A DNA stretch of 57,806 nucleotides from Candidatus Sungbacteria bacterium RIFCSPLOWO2_02_FULL_51_17 (GTDB taxonomy: Bacteria > Patescibacteriota > Minisyncoccia > Sungbacterales > GWA2-42-14), in NCBI GenBank assembly GCA_001820785.1, contig MHQW01000042.1, forward strand, positions 1 through 57,806, in the 5' to 3' direction. Below are positions 18,867 to 29,518 of the stretch, piece after piece. The notes beneath the pieces were generated by a model. It saw only the letters and a list, made by a program, of their open reading frames with translations. It was not told the origin of the DNA and did not search any database. A program made the position numbers and the translations under genes. Every line of letters starts with the position of its first letter. Position 1 is the first letter of the stretch.

Positions 18867-19787
18867 TCAGGCCCGGAAAAGCGCTCGCAGAGGAAGCAGG
18901 AGGTATTTCGGTTTTTCAATGATGCGGCGGATGCAGTATCCTTCTATATCCTCGCCGAACGGGAGGTAAATGGTCACTCGGTATCCTTCGCGGGTGAGGG
19001 CTCGGGCGAGTTTCATGTTCACGCCGTACAGCATTCCGAACTCAAATCGGTCCTTCGGGAAGTCACGTCGCCACCGTCGCAGATCATTGAGGACCGTGCG
19101 AACAAGTTTTTCATCATGAGTCGCTATCTGCGCATACCCGCCCGAGGCGATGATCCGGGATACGAGGTGTCGGTATGTCTCCGCAATGTCCCGGGTATGC
19201 GTGAACACGGTTGCCCGGGATTCAGTGTATGCGCCCTTGCAGACACGCCAGGGAATGCGGACTCCCAGCTCATCAAGAAGCGCCAGGGCATTCCGGTCAT
19301 ACGCCTGAACGACGCTTCCGGCTTTCGCGCGCGGGGCGATGTTTTTTATGATGGCATTTGTCCGGGCTGTGTGACATATTTCTTCGCGGTCTATCCACAG
19401 GCGAACACCGAATGTTTCCGCCATCGTTGCGATAAGGAGGTTGAATGATGCCTCTCGCGCCGCGGCATCAGGAGAGTCGGCCAGAAGTCCAAACTGGCCC
19501 AACTTTACGGAAATGCCGGCTTTCAGTTTTGCTTTGGCGATAGTGCGGATGAGATGTGCGTAGGTCTCATAGGCCCTTGCTATCGCATCGGGCTGGTCGG
19601 AATGATCGCCGATGTAGTTTATATCGCAGAAAAACCCTTCTTGGTTCAGGGCGGCAGCGATTTTCAGAGCATCATCTGCTTGCTCTCCTGCGGTAAAACG
19701 TTGTGTCGCACGGCGCATAATGGCCGCATGTCTTGGGATTTTTGGCCATACGGTCGTGAAAAAAAGCCGCAAACCCTGTCGGAGCAT
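18867..19787 (-). CDS. Proline dehydrogenase family protein
   Basis: 306 aa with SVKLGQFG, IATHD, GMLYGV and a C-terminal RRIIEKPKY-like block, characteristic of monofunctional PutA-type proline dehydrogenases. Confidence 0.7.
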   Translation of the reverse strand: MLRQGLRLFFTTVWPKIPRHAAIMRRATQRFTAGEQADDALKIAAALNQEGFFCDINYIGDHSDQPDAIARAYETYAHLIRTIAKAKLKAGISVKLGQFGLLADSPDAAAREASFNLLIATMAETFGVRLWIDREEICHTARTNAIIKNIAPRAKAGSVVQAYDRNALALLDELGVRIPWRVCKGAYTESRATVFTHTRDIAETYRHLVSRIIASGGYAQIATHDEKLVRTVLNDLRRWRRDFPKDRFEFGMLYGVNMKLARALTREGYRVTIYLPFGEDIEGYCIRRIIEKPKYLLLPLRALFRA

Positions 19788-20010
19788 AGTGTAGAATGTG
19801 AAGGAGCGTGTGGTTATTTAATAACATAAAAAACTAAAATATGCAAGTTTTTGAGATGTCAGGGAGGAAGGGGAATGGGCGTGGTTTCCGGTGCGCAATT
19901 TCGGTGTACGCATGGGGCCTTTCGTATTGAGTAGCGGGGATGACGCCGCCACTGTTTTTGGTGGTTCGGTATGACCTTGCTCACCCTGTAAATATACTGC
20001 AGTATTTGGT

Positions 20011-20583
20011 ATGATGCCTCCAATGACCAAGCGACGAATATTTCTTGCGCTCGCGATCCCCGAGCGTGTGAAGAATAAAATTTTTTTGTGGCAAAATGAC
20101 CACTCCGATATTGCGGCTCGCTGGGTCTTACCCGAAAATCTTCATGGTATCATCATTCCGCCGTGGTATGCTGACAATGACGAACTGATAGCATCTATTC
20201 GTGTTCTGCGGAAAGCCAGCTCTCATCATGACCCGTTCATCATTGTATTTGACCGGGTCGTATCCGGTCCGCCGGGAAGAGCGCCGCGTCTCATCTGGGT
20301 GCGGGCGGCAGATTCTCTCGCATATGGCGCGTTTCGTCGGGACTGCGCAGAGGCACTCCTTGCCACGCCCGCCTCGGGTTTTCAGCAGTATGGGACGCCT
20401 TCTAGGGCGATCCACGCAACCATTGCGCGACTTCGCCGGGTGCCCGGTGTCATTCCGCCGGACACAGATGAGGGGGTCAATTGGCAGTGCGAGGTTCGGG
20501 CAGCTAATCTTATGGAGACGGGAACAACTTCTGCGGGGCCCCACGCCACAATTCTTGAATCCATAGAACTTGGGGACGGATAG
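20011..20583 (+). CDS. 2H phosphoesterase superfamily protein (LigT/ThpR-like, tentative)
   Basis: Two Hx[TS/I]-like motifs (LHGIII, IHATIA) at appropriate spacing in 190 aa. Confidence 0.5.
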   Translation: MMPPMTKRRIFLALAIPERVKNKIFLWQNDHSDIAARWVLPENLHGIIIPPWYADNDELIASIRVLRKASSHHDPFIIVFDRVVSGPPGRAPRLIWVRAADSLAYGAFRRDCAEALLATPASGFQQYGTPSRAIHATIARLRRVPGVIPPDTDEGVNWQCEVRAANLMETGTTSAGPHATILESIELGDG

Positions 20584-20604
20584 ATCGTTCTAAATCATAT
20601 ACAT

Positions 20605-21075
20605 ATGTCACACATTCATGACGCTGTTGATTTTACCGTGGAGGTCTTTATCGTATACCAGAACATAGTTTTTTTGCGAAAACATGATAAGTACAAAAAA
20701 TGGCTGGGTGTTGGTGGGCACATTGAACCAAAGGAAGACCCTGCGGAAGCCGCTCTTCGCGAGGTTAAGGAGGAGGTTGGTCTTTCTGTGGTGCTCTGGA
20801 GCGTACCGCGTGTTCCCGATGCGACCGGTATGTATGTTGAACTTCCTCCGCCGGTCTTTTTAAACCGCCACCGCATCAACGATCGTCATGAGCATGTCAC
20901 CATGGTCTATTTTGCAACGGCACCAACTTGCGAAATTCATCCGGGCGAGGATGAGGTGAGCGAGGAGATGCGATGGTTCACGGTAGAGGAGCTTCACGAC
21001 CCGCGGTTCGGCATCGGCGAAACGATCGCGAAATATGCTGGAGAGGCCCTTTTGAAACTCGGAAGCACAGCGTAG
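20605..21075 (+). CDS. NUDIX hydrolase
   Basis: Nudix box GGHIEPKEDPAEAALREVKEEVGL. Confidence 0.85.
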   Translation: MSHIHDAVDFTVEVFIVYQNIVFLRKHDKYKKWLGVGGHIEPKEDPAEAALREVKEEVGLSVVLWSVPRVPDATGMYVELPPPVFLNRHRINDRHEHVTMVYFATAPTCEIHPGEDEVSEEMRWFTVEELHDPRFGIGETIAKYAGEALLKLGSTA

Positions 21076-21101
21076 ATCTCGTATCGGCTGAAAGAGCAAC
21101 G

Positions 21102-22424
21102 ATGAAAAAAACATCAGTACATTTTGTTGGTATTGGGGGCATCGGTATGAGCTCGCTTGCCCGTTTTTATCTCTCGGAGGGCGAAGCGATCTCCGGATCG
21201 GACTTGTCACCGTCAGATATTACCCATGAGCTTGAGCGGCTTGGAGTTGTCATTTCGTACGGCGCGCATCAGGCCGAACATGTTCCCGCAGATGCCGGGA
21301 CGATTATTTATACCGCCGCCACGAAATCCGACAATCCGGAGCGCATTGAAGCAGAAAAACGAGGCCTTATGGTATGGCCATATGCCCGGGCCCTCGGGGA
21401 GCTTACCGGGAGGTTTTATACCATCGCGGTTGCCGGAGCCCATGGGAAAAGTACCACGACCGGCATGATAGCGCTCATTATGATAGAAGCGGGGCTTGAT
21501 CCAACCGTTATTATAGGCACCAAGCTTTCTCAGTTCGGCAATGCAAATTTTCGGCGCGGGGAGTCGCGGTACCTTCTTATTGAGGCGGACGAGTACCAGG
21601 GTTCCTTTTTGAATTATGCGCCCGATATTGCGGTGGTGACGAATATTGATCGTGAGCATATGGATTACTATAAGGATAGCAAGGATATCGCTATGGCTTT
21701 CGCGGCATTTTTGAAAAACACAAAGGAGGGCGGCTATCTGGTGCTCAATAATGACAACAGCGAACTTCTCGCCGTCGGCATGGAACGTATGAAGGATGAA
21801 AAGCAGCGGGGGCGCGTATACTGGTATTCTCTGACGAACAGCAAGGTTGATGATATAAAGAATATCCTTCAGGTGCTGGGAGTGCACAACGTTTATAATG
21901 CCCTTGCCGCCTATAAGACGGGTGAGATTCTCGGCATCCCGAAAGAGACGATACTAAAGGCGCTCGGCGAGTATGGCGGCGCCTGGCGGAGATTTGATCT
22001 TCGGGGCATGTTTCAGGGAGCAAAGGTGTATGATGATTACGCACATCACCCTACCGAGATCAAAGCGACCCTTCAGGGCGCACGAGAGCGGTTTCCGCAT
22101 GCCCGCATATGGTGTATCTTCCAGCCCCATCAGCGTGAACGGCTAAAATATCTTTTTGATGAATTCATGAACGCGTTTGACGCCGCGGATATCGCGGTCA
22201 TACTGGATCCGTATGAGGTCGCGGGTCGGGAGAAAGAAGCCCCGGAGCCGAGCAGACAGTCGGCCGACCTTGTGGAAGGACTGAAGAAGCGGCATGACAG
22301 CGTGTACTATCTGGCAGACCCATCCGGTATCCGTGAATTTCTTGCCGAGCGGGTAGCAAATGACGATATCATTATTATGATGGGGGCGGGAGACATTTGG
22401 AAATTGACCGAGAAATTGATATAA
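21102..22424 (+). CDS. murC: UDP-N-acetylmuramate--L-alanine ligase
   Basis: Start moved to MKKTSVHFVGIGGIGMSSLA. GAHGKSTTT P-loop and DDYAHHPTEI motif. Confidence 0.9.
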   Translation: MKKTSVHFVGIGGIGMSSLARFYLSEGEAISGSDLSPSDITHELERLGVVISYGAHQAEHVPADAGTIIYTAATKSDNPERIEAEKRGLMVWPYARALGELTGRFYTIAVAGAHGKSTTTGMIALIMIEAGLDPTVIIGTKLSQFGNANFRRGESRYLLIEADEYQGSFLNYAPDIAVVTNIDREHMDYYKDSKDIAMAFAAFLKNTKEGGYLVLNNDNSELLAVGMERMKDEKQRGRVYWYSLTNSKVDDIKNILQVLGVHNVYNALAAYKTGEILGIPKETILKALGEYGGAWRRFDLRGMFQGAKVYDDYAHHPTEIKATLQGARERFPHARIWCIFQPHQRERLKYLFDEFMNAFDAADIAVILDPYEVAGREKEAPEPSRQSADLVEGLKKRHDSVYYLADPSGIREFLAERVANDDIIIMMGAGDIWKLTEKLI

Positions 22425-22476
22425 TGTTCGTGTTTGTGTGGTGATATTTTTTATCCGCGCCGCGCAATACAGACGA

Positions 22477-23709
22477 ATGCCGGGGCATACATCTATGCAG
22501 TATCAACCGAAGAGAATCACAGTCATACTTCTTGCGCTTGGCATCGTTGTTGTTGCGTTTGGGACCGGGTATGCGGCCGGAACACACCAGCGCTCGGCGG
22601 TGGGCGCCGAAGTTGTCGCCATTCAGAATCAGGAGGCGGGAATGCCGAATGGTGTTGACTTCGCTCTTTTTTGGGATGTATGGTCTCGTCTTGAAAGGGA
22701 TTTTGTTGATAAAAAAAATATTGACCGTCAAAAACTTGTGTATGGCGCGATAGACGGTCTGGTCCAATCGCTTGGCGATCCCTACACGACGTTTTTCCCT
22801 CCGGAAGAGGCGAAACGGTTCAACGACGATATTAAAGGAGAGTTTGGGGGGATCGGGGCAGAGATCGGTATTCGCAAAGGGGTGCTGACGGTCATTGCCC
22901 CCCTCAAGGATTCACCTGCGGAGCGCGCCGGCCTTTTGGCCGGTGATAAAGTATTGAAGATCAACGGGACGTCCACCACGGAGCTTTCACTTGATCAGGC
23001 GGTTTCATCAATACGGGGCGTGAAGGGCACGCCGGTAACGCTTACCATAGCGCGTGAGCGCGTTGACGGGGCAAAGGACATCTCCGTCGTACGCGACAGC
23101 ATACGTATCCCGGTGTATGAGACGAAAAAACTTGGGGACGGTATTTTTTACGTTCATTTATTTAATTTCAACGAAAACGCCGCAGATGAGTTCCGGAGAG
23201 CGCTCCAAGAAATGCACCGTGTGGGCGCTTCAAAACTTATCCTTGATCTTCGCAATAACCCGGGCGGGTATCTTAATCATGCCGTTGATATTGCCTCATG
23301 GTTCCTTCCCGCCGGAGAAGTGGTCGCGCGCGAGGTCTTCGCATCCGGTAAGGAGGTGGTGTACCGTTCGCATGGATATGTATATCTTGAGCGGACTCCC
23401 GTAGTCGTTATCATAAACCAGGGATCGGCCTCGGCATCAGAGATCCTTGCCGGAGCGCTTCGCGACAAGCGGAATATCACGATCGTGGGGGAAAAAAGCT
23501 ATGGTAAGGGGTCGGTTCAGGAGCTCGAGCCGCTACCGGATAGCGCATCTCTTAAAATCACTATTGCCAAATGGCTTACACCGAACGGATTTTCCATTAA
23601 CGATTCCGGTATTGAGCCCGATATAGCAAAGGAATTGCAGGCGGAGGACGTTGAACAAGACCGCGATCCGCAACTTGATGCCGCGCTTGAGGCAGTACGG
23701 AAATTATAA
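22477..23709 (+). CDS. Carboxyl-terminal processing protease (S41 family)
   Basis: N-terminal TM helix, PDZ-like GGIGAEI, catalytic block NQGSASASEILAGAL and downstream Lys (YGKGSVQ). The start is uncertain (22438 GTG, 22477 ATG or 22495 ATG). Confidence 0.8.
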   Translation: MPGHTSMQYQPKRITVILLALGIVVVAFGTGYAAGTHQRSAVGAEVVAIQNQEAGMPNGVDFALFWDVWSRLERDFVDKKNIDRQKLVYGAIDGLVQSLGDPYTTFFPPEEAKRFNDDIKGEFGGIGAEIGIRKGVLTVIAPLKDSPAERAGLLAGDKVLKINGTSTTELSLDQAVSSIRGVKGTPVTLTIARERVDGAKDISVVRDSIRIPVYETKKLGDGIFYVHLFNFNENAADEFRRALQEMHRVGASKLILDLRNNPGGYLNHAVDIASWFLPAGEVVAREVFASGKEVVYRSHGYVYLERTPVVVIINQGSASASEILAGALRDKRNITIVGEKSYGKGSVQELEPLPDSASLKITIAKWLTPNGFSINDSGIEPDIAKELQAEDVEQDRDPQLDAALEAVRKL

Positions 23710-23875
23710 GAAAAATTTTTATACCGCCAACTGGTGCCATGAGGCACGTTGCCCCGCGGAAGGTATAATGGTATACAGAATATAGCTGAAAGATGTCTGT
23801 GGTAACACGTATAGGTAGTATCGGGCATTGGGTGTCGGGGCATGTGTCCCGGCACACGCATGCTTTTTTATGCTT

Positions 23876-24361
23876 ATGAAAGTCATGCTTTTGAAGGATG
23901 TTCAGAAAGTCGGAAGAAAAGGGGATATTAAGGATGTTGCCGACGGATTTGGAAGAAATTTTCTGATCGCCAGAGGACTGGCGCGCCCTGCGACAGAACA
24001 TGCCATCTCGCACGCGGCAGGCGAACAGGCGAACAGAGAAAAGGCGCGCGAGGCGCTTGAGGCAAGCTGTCGCGTGGTAGCCGAGAAGCTGAAGGGGTAT
24101 GACCTGCGTCTTCCCGTAAAGGTGGGAGAGAAGGGGCAGGCGTTCGGTTCGGTCTCAGCGCATGATATTTCACTAGCGCTGTCCGCCAAAGGATTTTCTA
24201 TAGAAAAGGAGTGGATAGTGCTTGATGAATCCATCAAAAAAACTGGTTTTTTTGATATCGTACTTCGGCTTCCCTACGGCATAGAAACGATGATCCGGGT
24301 CATCATTGAAAAGGAGGAAGAGAGCACGAAAGTGCCCGGCAAAGCAAAAAAGAAGAAATAG
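23876..24361 (+). CDS. rplI: 50S ribosomal protein L9
   Basis: [32 protein letters not shown]-terminus, with a Lys-rich C-terminal tail. The start is set at the internal ATG. Confidence 0.85.
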   Translation: MKVMLLKDVQKVGRKGDIKDVADGFGRNFLIARGLARPATEHAISHAAGEQANREKAREALEASCRVVAEKLKGYDLRLPVKVGEKGQAFGSVSAHDISLALSAKGFSIEKEWIVLDESIKKTGFFDIVLRLPYGIETMIRVIIEKEEESTKVPGKAKKKK

Positions 24362-24403
24362 GGTAGAAGTTTTACATCGTATAATGCAGGCCTCTTTATT
24401 TTT

Positions 24404-26074
24404 ATGGCGCGATTTATTTTTGTATGTGGCGGGGTCATGTCAGGGATCGGAAAAGGAGTGTCAACCGCTTCTATCGCCCGGTTGCTTAAAGAACGGGGTT
24501 TTCGGGTCACCGCCTGCAAAATAGATCCCTATCTGAATGTGGACGCAGGAACCATGAACCCGACGGAACACGGGGAGGTTTTTGTTACCGAAGACGGGGT
24601 TGAGTGCGACCAAGACATTGGGAATTACGAACGTTTTTTAGGACAGGATATTCCGCGGGAAAATTATATGACGACGGGGCTCATTTATCAGACCGTCATT
24701 GAACGCGAGCGGAACCTGGAATATGAAGGAAAATGCGTTGAGGTGATCCCGCACATACCGGAGGAGGTGATACGCCGTCTTGATCGCGCCGGAAAGAAGG
24801 CCAAGGCGGACTTTGTTCTTGTAGAGATCGGCGGGACCGTCGGTGAGTATCAGAACGCCTTATTTCTTGAGGCAGGCCGCATACTCCGCCTTCAGCGTCC
24901 CGGTGATGTTCTTTTTGTCCTTGTGTCGTATTTGCCCGTGCCAAAACTTGTCGGTGAAATGAAGACGAAGCCCACGCAGTACGCGGTCCGGTCAATGAAC
25001 ACCGCGGGACTTCAGCCGGATATTATTATCGCACGCTCGGTCGTTCCGTTGGATGAGCCGCGCAAGAAAAAAATATCAATTTTTTGCAACATTGCCCCGG
25101 AAGATGTCATATCCGCGCCCGACATAAAATCAATTTATGAGATACCGTTGAATTTTGAGCGTGACCACTTATCAGAACGGTTACTGTTAAAATTCGGTAT
25201 CAAGGCAAAAAAAAGATCTTTGGGGGAGTGGGATGTGTTTGTAAAAAAAATGCGCCGCGCCAATAAACCGGAAACCCCGGCTGTGCGCATAGGCATTGTC
25301 GGGAAGTATTTTGGGACCGGAAATTTCGTTCTTTCCGACTCATACATCTCTGTTATTGAGGCGGTAAAGCATGCGACCTGGCACTTTGGGAAGCGCCCTG
25401 AAATTGAGTGGTTGAATGCGGAAGAATACGAGGGCAACCCTTCTTCGCTGAAGCTCTTAAAGCGATTTGACGGGATCATCGTTCCCGGTGGATTCGGTTC
25501 GCGGGGCGTTGAGGGGAAGATCGCCGTCATTAGGTTCTGTCGGGTAAGTAACATTCCGTTCTTCGGACTGTGCTATGGAATGCAGTTGGCAACGGTGGAA
25601 TTTGCGCGGCACGCCTGTCGGCTTCGCGATGCGCACACAACCGAGGTGAAGGGGGCCGCGGCGCACCCAGTCATTCACACGCTTCCCGAGCAGTTGGTGA
25701 ACATCAAGGAGCGGCGCCTAGGCGGTTCTATGCGGCTTGGGGCATATACGTGCGCACTGAAGCCGGGCACGAAAAGCTATAAAGCACATGGATCCGCTCT
25801 TATTTCCGAGCGTCATCGGCATCGCTATGAGTTTAACGGTGATTTTCGTGATCAGCTTGAAACATGCGGACTTATTGTTTCCGGTGTTAACACCGAGAGG
25901 AATTTGGTGGAGATCATAGAACTTCGGGGACATCCTTTTTTTGTCGGAACGCAGTTTCATCCGGAATTCAAATCGCGGCCGCTTGCTCCGCACCCACTTT
26001 TTATTGAGTTCATTCGTGCCGGGATAAAAAAGAGCAGAATGCATGCGCCGGAAAAAGCAGGTGCTCGCCGCTAA
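24404..26074 (+). CDS. pyrG: CTP synthase
   Basis: GGVMSGIGKG N-terminal motif and the class-I glutamine amidotransferase GLCYGMQ nucleophile elbow. Confidence 0.9.
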   Translation: MARFIFVCGGVMSGIGKGVSTASIARLLKERGFRVTACKIDPYLNVDAGTMNPTEHGEVFVTEDGVECDQDIGNYERFLGQDIPRENYMTTGLIYQTVIERERNLEYEGKCVEVIPHIPEEVIRRLDRAGKKAKADFVLVEIGGTVGEYQNALFLEAGRILRLQRPGDVLFVLVSYLPVPKLVGEMKTKPTQYAVRSMNTAGLQPDIIIARSVVPLDEPRKKKISIFCNIAPEDVISAPDIKSIYEIPLNFERDHLSERLLLKFGIKAKKRSLGEWDVFVKKMRRANKPETPAVRIGIVGKYFGTGNFVLSDSYISVIEAVKHATWHFGKRPEIEWLNAEEYEGNPSSLKLLKRFDGIIVPGGFGSRGVEGKIAVIRFCRVSNIPFFGLCYGMQLATVEFARHACRLRDAHTTEVKGAAAHPVIHTLPEQLVNIKERRLGGSMRLGAYTCALKPGTKSYKAHGSALISERHRHRYEFNGDFRDQLETCGLIVSGVNTERNLVEIIELRGHPFFVGTQFHPEFKSRPLAPHPLFIEFIRAGIKKSRMHAPEKAGARR

Positions 26075-26097
26075 AGGACTTTGAGTGTAACAAAAAT

Positions 26098-26123
26098 AAA
26101 GACCGGCATTATGCCGGTCTTTT
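26098..26123. terminator. Bidirectional terminator between pyrG and the convergent gene
   Basis: AAAGACCGGCA-tta-TGCCGGTCTTT. The loop is the stop codon of the minus-strand gene. Confidence 0.7.
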
Positions 26124-26678
26124 GATTTCTTTAAGTAGCAAAGGGAATGCCGCGCGCACGAGACCGCTTTGTTTCTCCAGTGTTTCTACCAATGCCCACG
26201 GTGTCTCTTTCGTATCTCGCGGAAGCGGCACCTCGCAGGCAAGTGTGGTTGGCGCATGCGTGTCGCGGCGGAATCTTCCCGGTAAAAGCCCGAGTGATTT
26301 CAAGGATGTTCTTGCGTCGTCCTCGCCGATGCCCGCGCGAAAGACCACGATCACCTCATGACGGGAGTACAATTCCTTTTTGCCGCAGGTCGTGCACTCT
26401 CGCTCAAATGTTCTGGGGACGGACCGCTCCGCTTTTTTCGGTTCAGCCGTGGCGGTGTCCAGGAACTTCATTCGGCCGGTGCAACGCATTCCGTCAACCG
26501 ATCGGTTATGCTGTTCATACGGTAAGAACTTTTTGGTACAATGCGAGCATATGCGCGAGCCGTGGAGGCCGCTATCCGGCATTAAATTTCCTCCGCAGAA
26601 ATCATGGGTGAAGATCAAATGGCCTTCCGTATCTTTAGCGTAAAGCTCATCGGCTGGTGGTGCGATCGTGTTTGTCAT
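26109..26678 (-). CDS. Hypothetical protein with zinc-ribbon-like Cys pairs
   Basis: 189 aa. CSHC ... C and CTTC motifs; no family recognised. Confidence 0.45.
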   Translation of the reverse strand: MTNTIAPPADELYAKDTEGHLIFTHDFCGGNLMPDSGLHGSRICSHCTKKFLPYEQHNRSVDGMRCTGRMKFLDTATAEPKKAERSVPRTFERECTTCGKKELYSRHEVIVVFRAGIGEDDARTSLKSLGLLPGRFRRDTHAPTTLACEVPLPRDTKETPWALVETLEKQSGLVRAAFPLLLKEIKRPA

Positions 26679-26704
26679 GCGTACCTCCTTTTGGCGGTGT
26701 GTGG

Positions 26705-26980
26705 TTAAGGAGCGATGCTTATGACCTTGACCAATCCCTTTGTGCCGTCAAAGTGGATCTTGCGCTTTGTGCGGACCGCGACAAGACCCTTGGCAGTCGC
26801 AAAAAGCGTATCATCGTTTCCGCGCTTAACGTTCTTTCCTGCGACGAACTTCGTTCCGCGCTGGCGAATGAGAATATCGCCGGGTTGCGCCGTCTCGCCC
26901 GCATACTTCTTGACGCCGAGATATTTTGGCGCCGAATCCCTGCCGAGTTTTGTTGTGCCGCCTGCTTTAGTTTGTGCCAT
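26705..26980 (-). CDS. rpmA: 50S ribosomal protein L27
   Basis: [29 protein letters not shown]...IRQRGTKF, the canonical L27 sequence. Confidence 0.9.
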   Translation of the reverse strand: MAQTKAGGTTKLGRDSAPKYLGVKKYAGETAQPGDILIRQRGTKFVAGKNVKRGNDDTLFATAKGLVAVRTKRKIHFDGTKGLVKVISIAP

Positions 26981-27089
26981 AGGGTATATAAGGAGTTACG
27001 ATAGGGGAGCATGGTGCAACCATGAGCCCATTACGTTCTCCAGAGGGAACTATGAGGTATTTCTTGATATTTTAATATAAAAATGTATA

Positions 27090-27494
27090 GTGACTATCAT
27101 GCTAACAGATGCGAAAGAATATATCAAGGGGTTCGTGCGGGCGCGCAGTGGTGACCTTTTTGTCGCCTGCATGATATTTCTTGTAAGCATAGGCAGTTTC
27201 GGCCTTGGCCGCTTATCGGTCCGCATCACCCAGCACGCCACCGTTCGGATCACGGGGAAAGGAGCAGAGGTTTCCACGGCGGCAGTAATGCGGGGAGATG
27301 CGGTAAAACGGGTGTCGGAGCTTCCTGAGGCATCTGCCGGGGCAGTTGTGGCATCAAAAAACGGCACCGCCTATCACTTACCGTGGTGTTCCGGCGCCCA
27401 AAAGATAAAAGAGGAGAACAAGGTATGGTTCGCATCAAAAGCAGATGCTGAAGCGAGGGGGTACCGTCCGGCGGCCAATTGCGATGGGCTATGA
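27090..27494 (+). CDS. Membrane-anchored protein with C-terminal Ada-Zn-binding-like motif
   Basis: TM helix, then AYHLPWCSGAQKI...FASKADAEARGYRPAANC, resembling the YH..C...GY[RK]PC motif. Weak call. Confidence 0.45.
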   Translation: MTIMLTDAKEYIKGFVRARSGDLFVACMIFLVSIGSFGLGRLSVRITQHATVRITGKGAEVSTAAVMRGDAVKRVSELPEASAGAVVASKNGTAYHLPWCSGAQKIKEENKVWFASKADAEARGYRPAANCDGL

Positions 27495-28682
27495 TCAATC
27501 GGTGGAGGAGTTTGCTTCTGGGTCCTGGATCTTTTTGAATGTTGCTTTTAATAAAGAAAATTCCCTTTCCTGAATTCCGAGCTTTTCAACCTGCTCCTGG
27601 ACTGCTGGTGGAAGCTTTTTCATAAGGGCTTTCAGTTTTTTTTCATCGGCGGCCAGTATTTTTTCCCATTCGCCGAGCGGCTCCAGGATCTCGCGAATCT
27701 TTTCAAACAGATAGACATGTCGTTTTTGCACGCTTCGTGTAACAGCTCCCTCTTCTCCAAAGATGCGCATGACATCCTGTTGCTCCATAAAAAGCTTCAT
27801 TTCCGCCTGAAGTTCGCTAAGCCGCTTCTTGTTTTTCTTCTCATTTTTTTTGAGCTCCAGATATTCCGTAAGTATCGGTTGGATGTCCTCGGCGGGGGAG
27901 AGGTCTTTTTTTCGGTACAGATGTCGCCACATGGGACAGATTGGCTTATAACTGCAGTAATCACACAGCGGGGAGACGATCGGTTCAAATAGCTCATTTT
28001 TTTCAAGCGTATCCCTAATCTCGGCGATGGTTGCGACCGCGGAGGACTCCACTCGGGCAAGCGCATCAACGCTTCTGGTGGAGGACAATTTTTCTCCATG
28101 CTTCAGGAAGTAGAGAGAAACTTTTAATTGCTCCGGTTTGATGTGCGGCCACTTCTTCTGAATGCCGAGGGCATAGAGCGAGAGTTGAAGATTTTCATCA
28201 ACAGCGCTTTGCGCCGGCATGCGTTTTGCGGTTTTATAATCAATGATCTCGTAGGTGCCATTCGGCAGTTTGTCTATACGGTCTATGGTGCCGGCAAGAA
28301 CGTGGGTCTCATTTCGCTCGGCGTCGGTGAGTGGTATTTCAAAGCGCGACTCCAGATCAAGGACAGAATAGTTCCACGGCGCGTTTTTTCCATAAAATTG
28401 TTTAAGCATGCGTGTGCCATCATCAAAAAAGATACGATGTTCTTCATCCGTTTTAAACACGCCTTGCTCGCGCGACGGAAAATGCGCGCGGTAGTACTCA
28501 AGGACTTGATCAAGCGTGGGGAACAGGGGATCGCTTACGAACATGTACTTCAGCGTTGCGTGTATGTGGGTTCCGAAAACGGCCTCCTTTGATTTTTTCT
28601 GGCGGATCTTGTCTATCTCATGGAACTTATATTTTTGAGGACACTGTTTGTATGTCTCCAGTGCTGAAAACGATGTTCGCAT
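27495..28682 (-). CDS. PD-(D/E)XK nuclease superfamily protein (RecB/Cas4-like, with C-terminal Cys cluster)
   Basis: N-terminal SFSALETYKQCPQKYKF, a central D...D/EIIDYK nuclease core, and C-terminal CDYCSYKPICP (a 1+3 Cys pattern as in AddB/Cas4 Fe-S nucleases). Confidence 0.7.
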   Translation of the reverse strand: MRTSFSALETYKQCPQKYKFHEIDKIRQKKSKEAVFGTHIHATLKYMFVSDPLFPTLDQVLEYYRAHFPSREQGVFKTDEEHRIFFDDGTRMLKQFYGKNAPWNYSVLDLESRFEIPLTDAERNETHVLAGTIDRIDKLPNGTYEIIDYKTAKRMPAQSAVDENLQLSLYALGIQKKWPHIKPEQLKVSLYFLKHGEKLSSTRSVDALARVESSAVATIAEIRDTLEKNELFEPIVSPLCDYCSYKPICPMWRHLYRKKDLSPAEDIQPILTEYLELKKNEKKNKKRLSELQAEMKLFMEQQDVMRIFGEEGAVTRSVQKRHVYLFEKIREILEPLGEWEKILAADEKKLKALMKKLPPAVQEQVEKLGIQEREFSLLKATFKKIQDPEANSSTD

Positions 28683-28753
28683 ATGTCTTGCATATTTTTA
28701 TCATTTGCTAGTATTATAGTAACGTTCATTCGGCTCATTGAAAAGGGGCGATA

Positions 28754-29518
28754 ATGGCGGATTCTAACGACACGGCGACTTCTGGCAGCGCATCCGGCGC
28801 GACCAGTGGCAGTAGGAAGTATGGCAATGCATCCGATATGCCCCGCGAGCTCTTCGGGCTTTTGACTCAGACCATTATTACCCAGTGGAATTGCGAGTAT
28901 TGGGGTGGGATGAATTATCTCCAGTGCATTCAGCTTGCACCAACTTTGGCCGAACGGAAAACTGTCGCTCGTATCGGCATGGAAGAGCTCGGGCACGCTT
29001 TTATTCTGGAAAGTGGGCCGCTCAAGGTTCTTGGTGTAAACCCGTGGATTCAGCGTGCGTTATCGGTACAGTATCAGGCGAATATTCTGAAAATATTCCA
29101 GTTTCCCGATCGATTCACAACGTGGGCTCATTTTCTCATGTATAACCATCTTCAGGACCGATCGGCTGCTATCCAGCTTGCAGAGTTTAGGGGGGGTCCA
29201 TTTGAGCCGTGGAACGATGCCATACGAAAGATTGAGGCGGAAGAGGGCGGACACATTCAGCACGGAGAGAATGGGATCCGGGAGCTTGCCAGAACGCCAG
29301 AGGGCAGAGCAGACCTCCATTTTGCACTTCGTGACTGGCTTCCTCTTGCGCTTGATGCTTTTGGGGTCCCAGACGAGCAGAGCCGCAGTTTGGCGCTCTA
29401 CCGACGCTATGGGCTCAAAAAGAGCAATAACGAGGCGCGTAGGCGTTTTAAGGAGGAAATACGACCGCTTCTTGACGAAATAGGCCTTCGGCACCCGCTT
29501 TTGGAGAATCCGGCATGA
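28754..29518 (+). CDS. Ferritin-like di-iron carboxylate protein (PaaA/PaaC-like)
   Basis: Two E-x-x-H motifs (MEELGHA, EEGGHIQH) about 95 residues apart in a helical 254-aa protein. Confidence 0.55.
   Translation: MADSNDTATSGSASGATSGSRKYGNASDMPRELFGLLTQTIITQWNCEYWGGMNYLQCIQLAPTLAERKTVARIGMEELGHAFILESGPLKVLGVNPWIQRALSVQYQANILKIFQFPDRFTTWAHFLMYNHLQDRSAAIQLAEFRGGPFEPWNDAIRKIEAEEGGHIQHGENGIRELARTPEGRADLHFALRDWLPLALDAFGVPDEQSRSLALYRRYGLKKSNNEARRRFKEEIRPLLDEIGLRHPLLENPA

Noticed and set aside
23740-23875. Promoter (TTGCCC ... TATAAT) and leader hairpin upstream of rplI.
   Set aside because: The spacing between the -35-like and -10-like hexamers is only about 9 nt. The hairpin GTGTCGGG..CCCGGCAC may simply be the terminator of the protease gene. 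The evidence is too weak to list as a feature.
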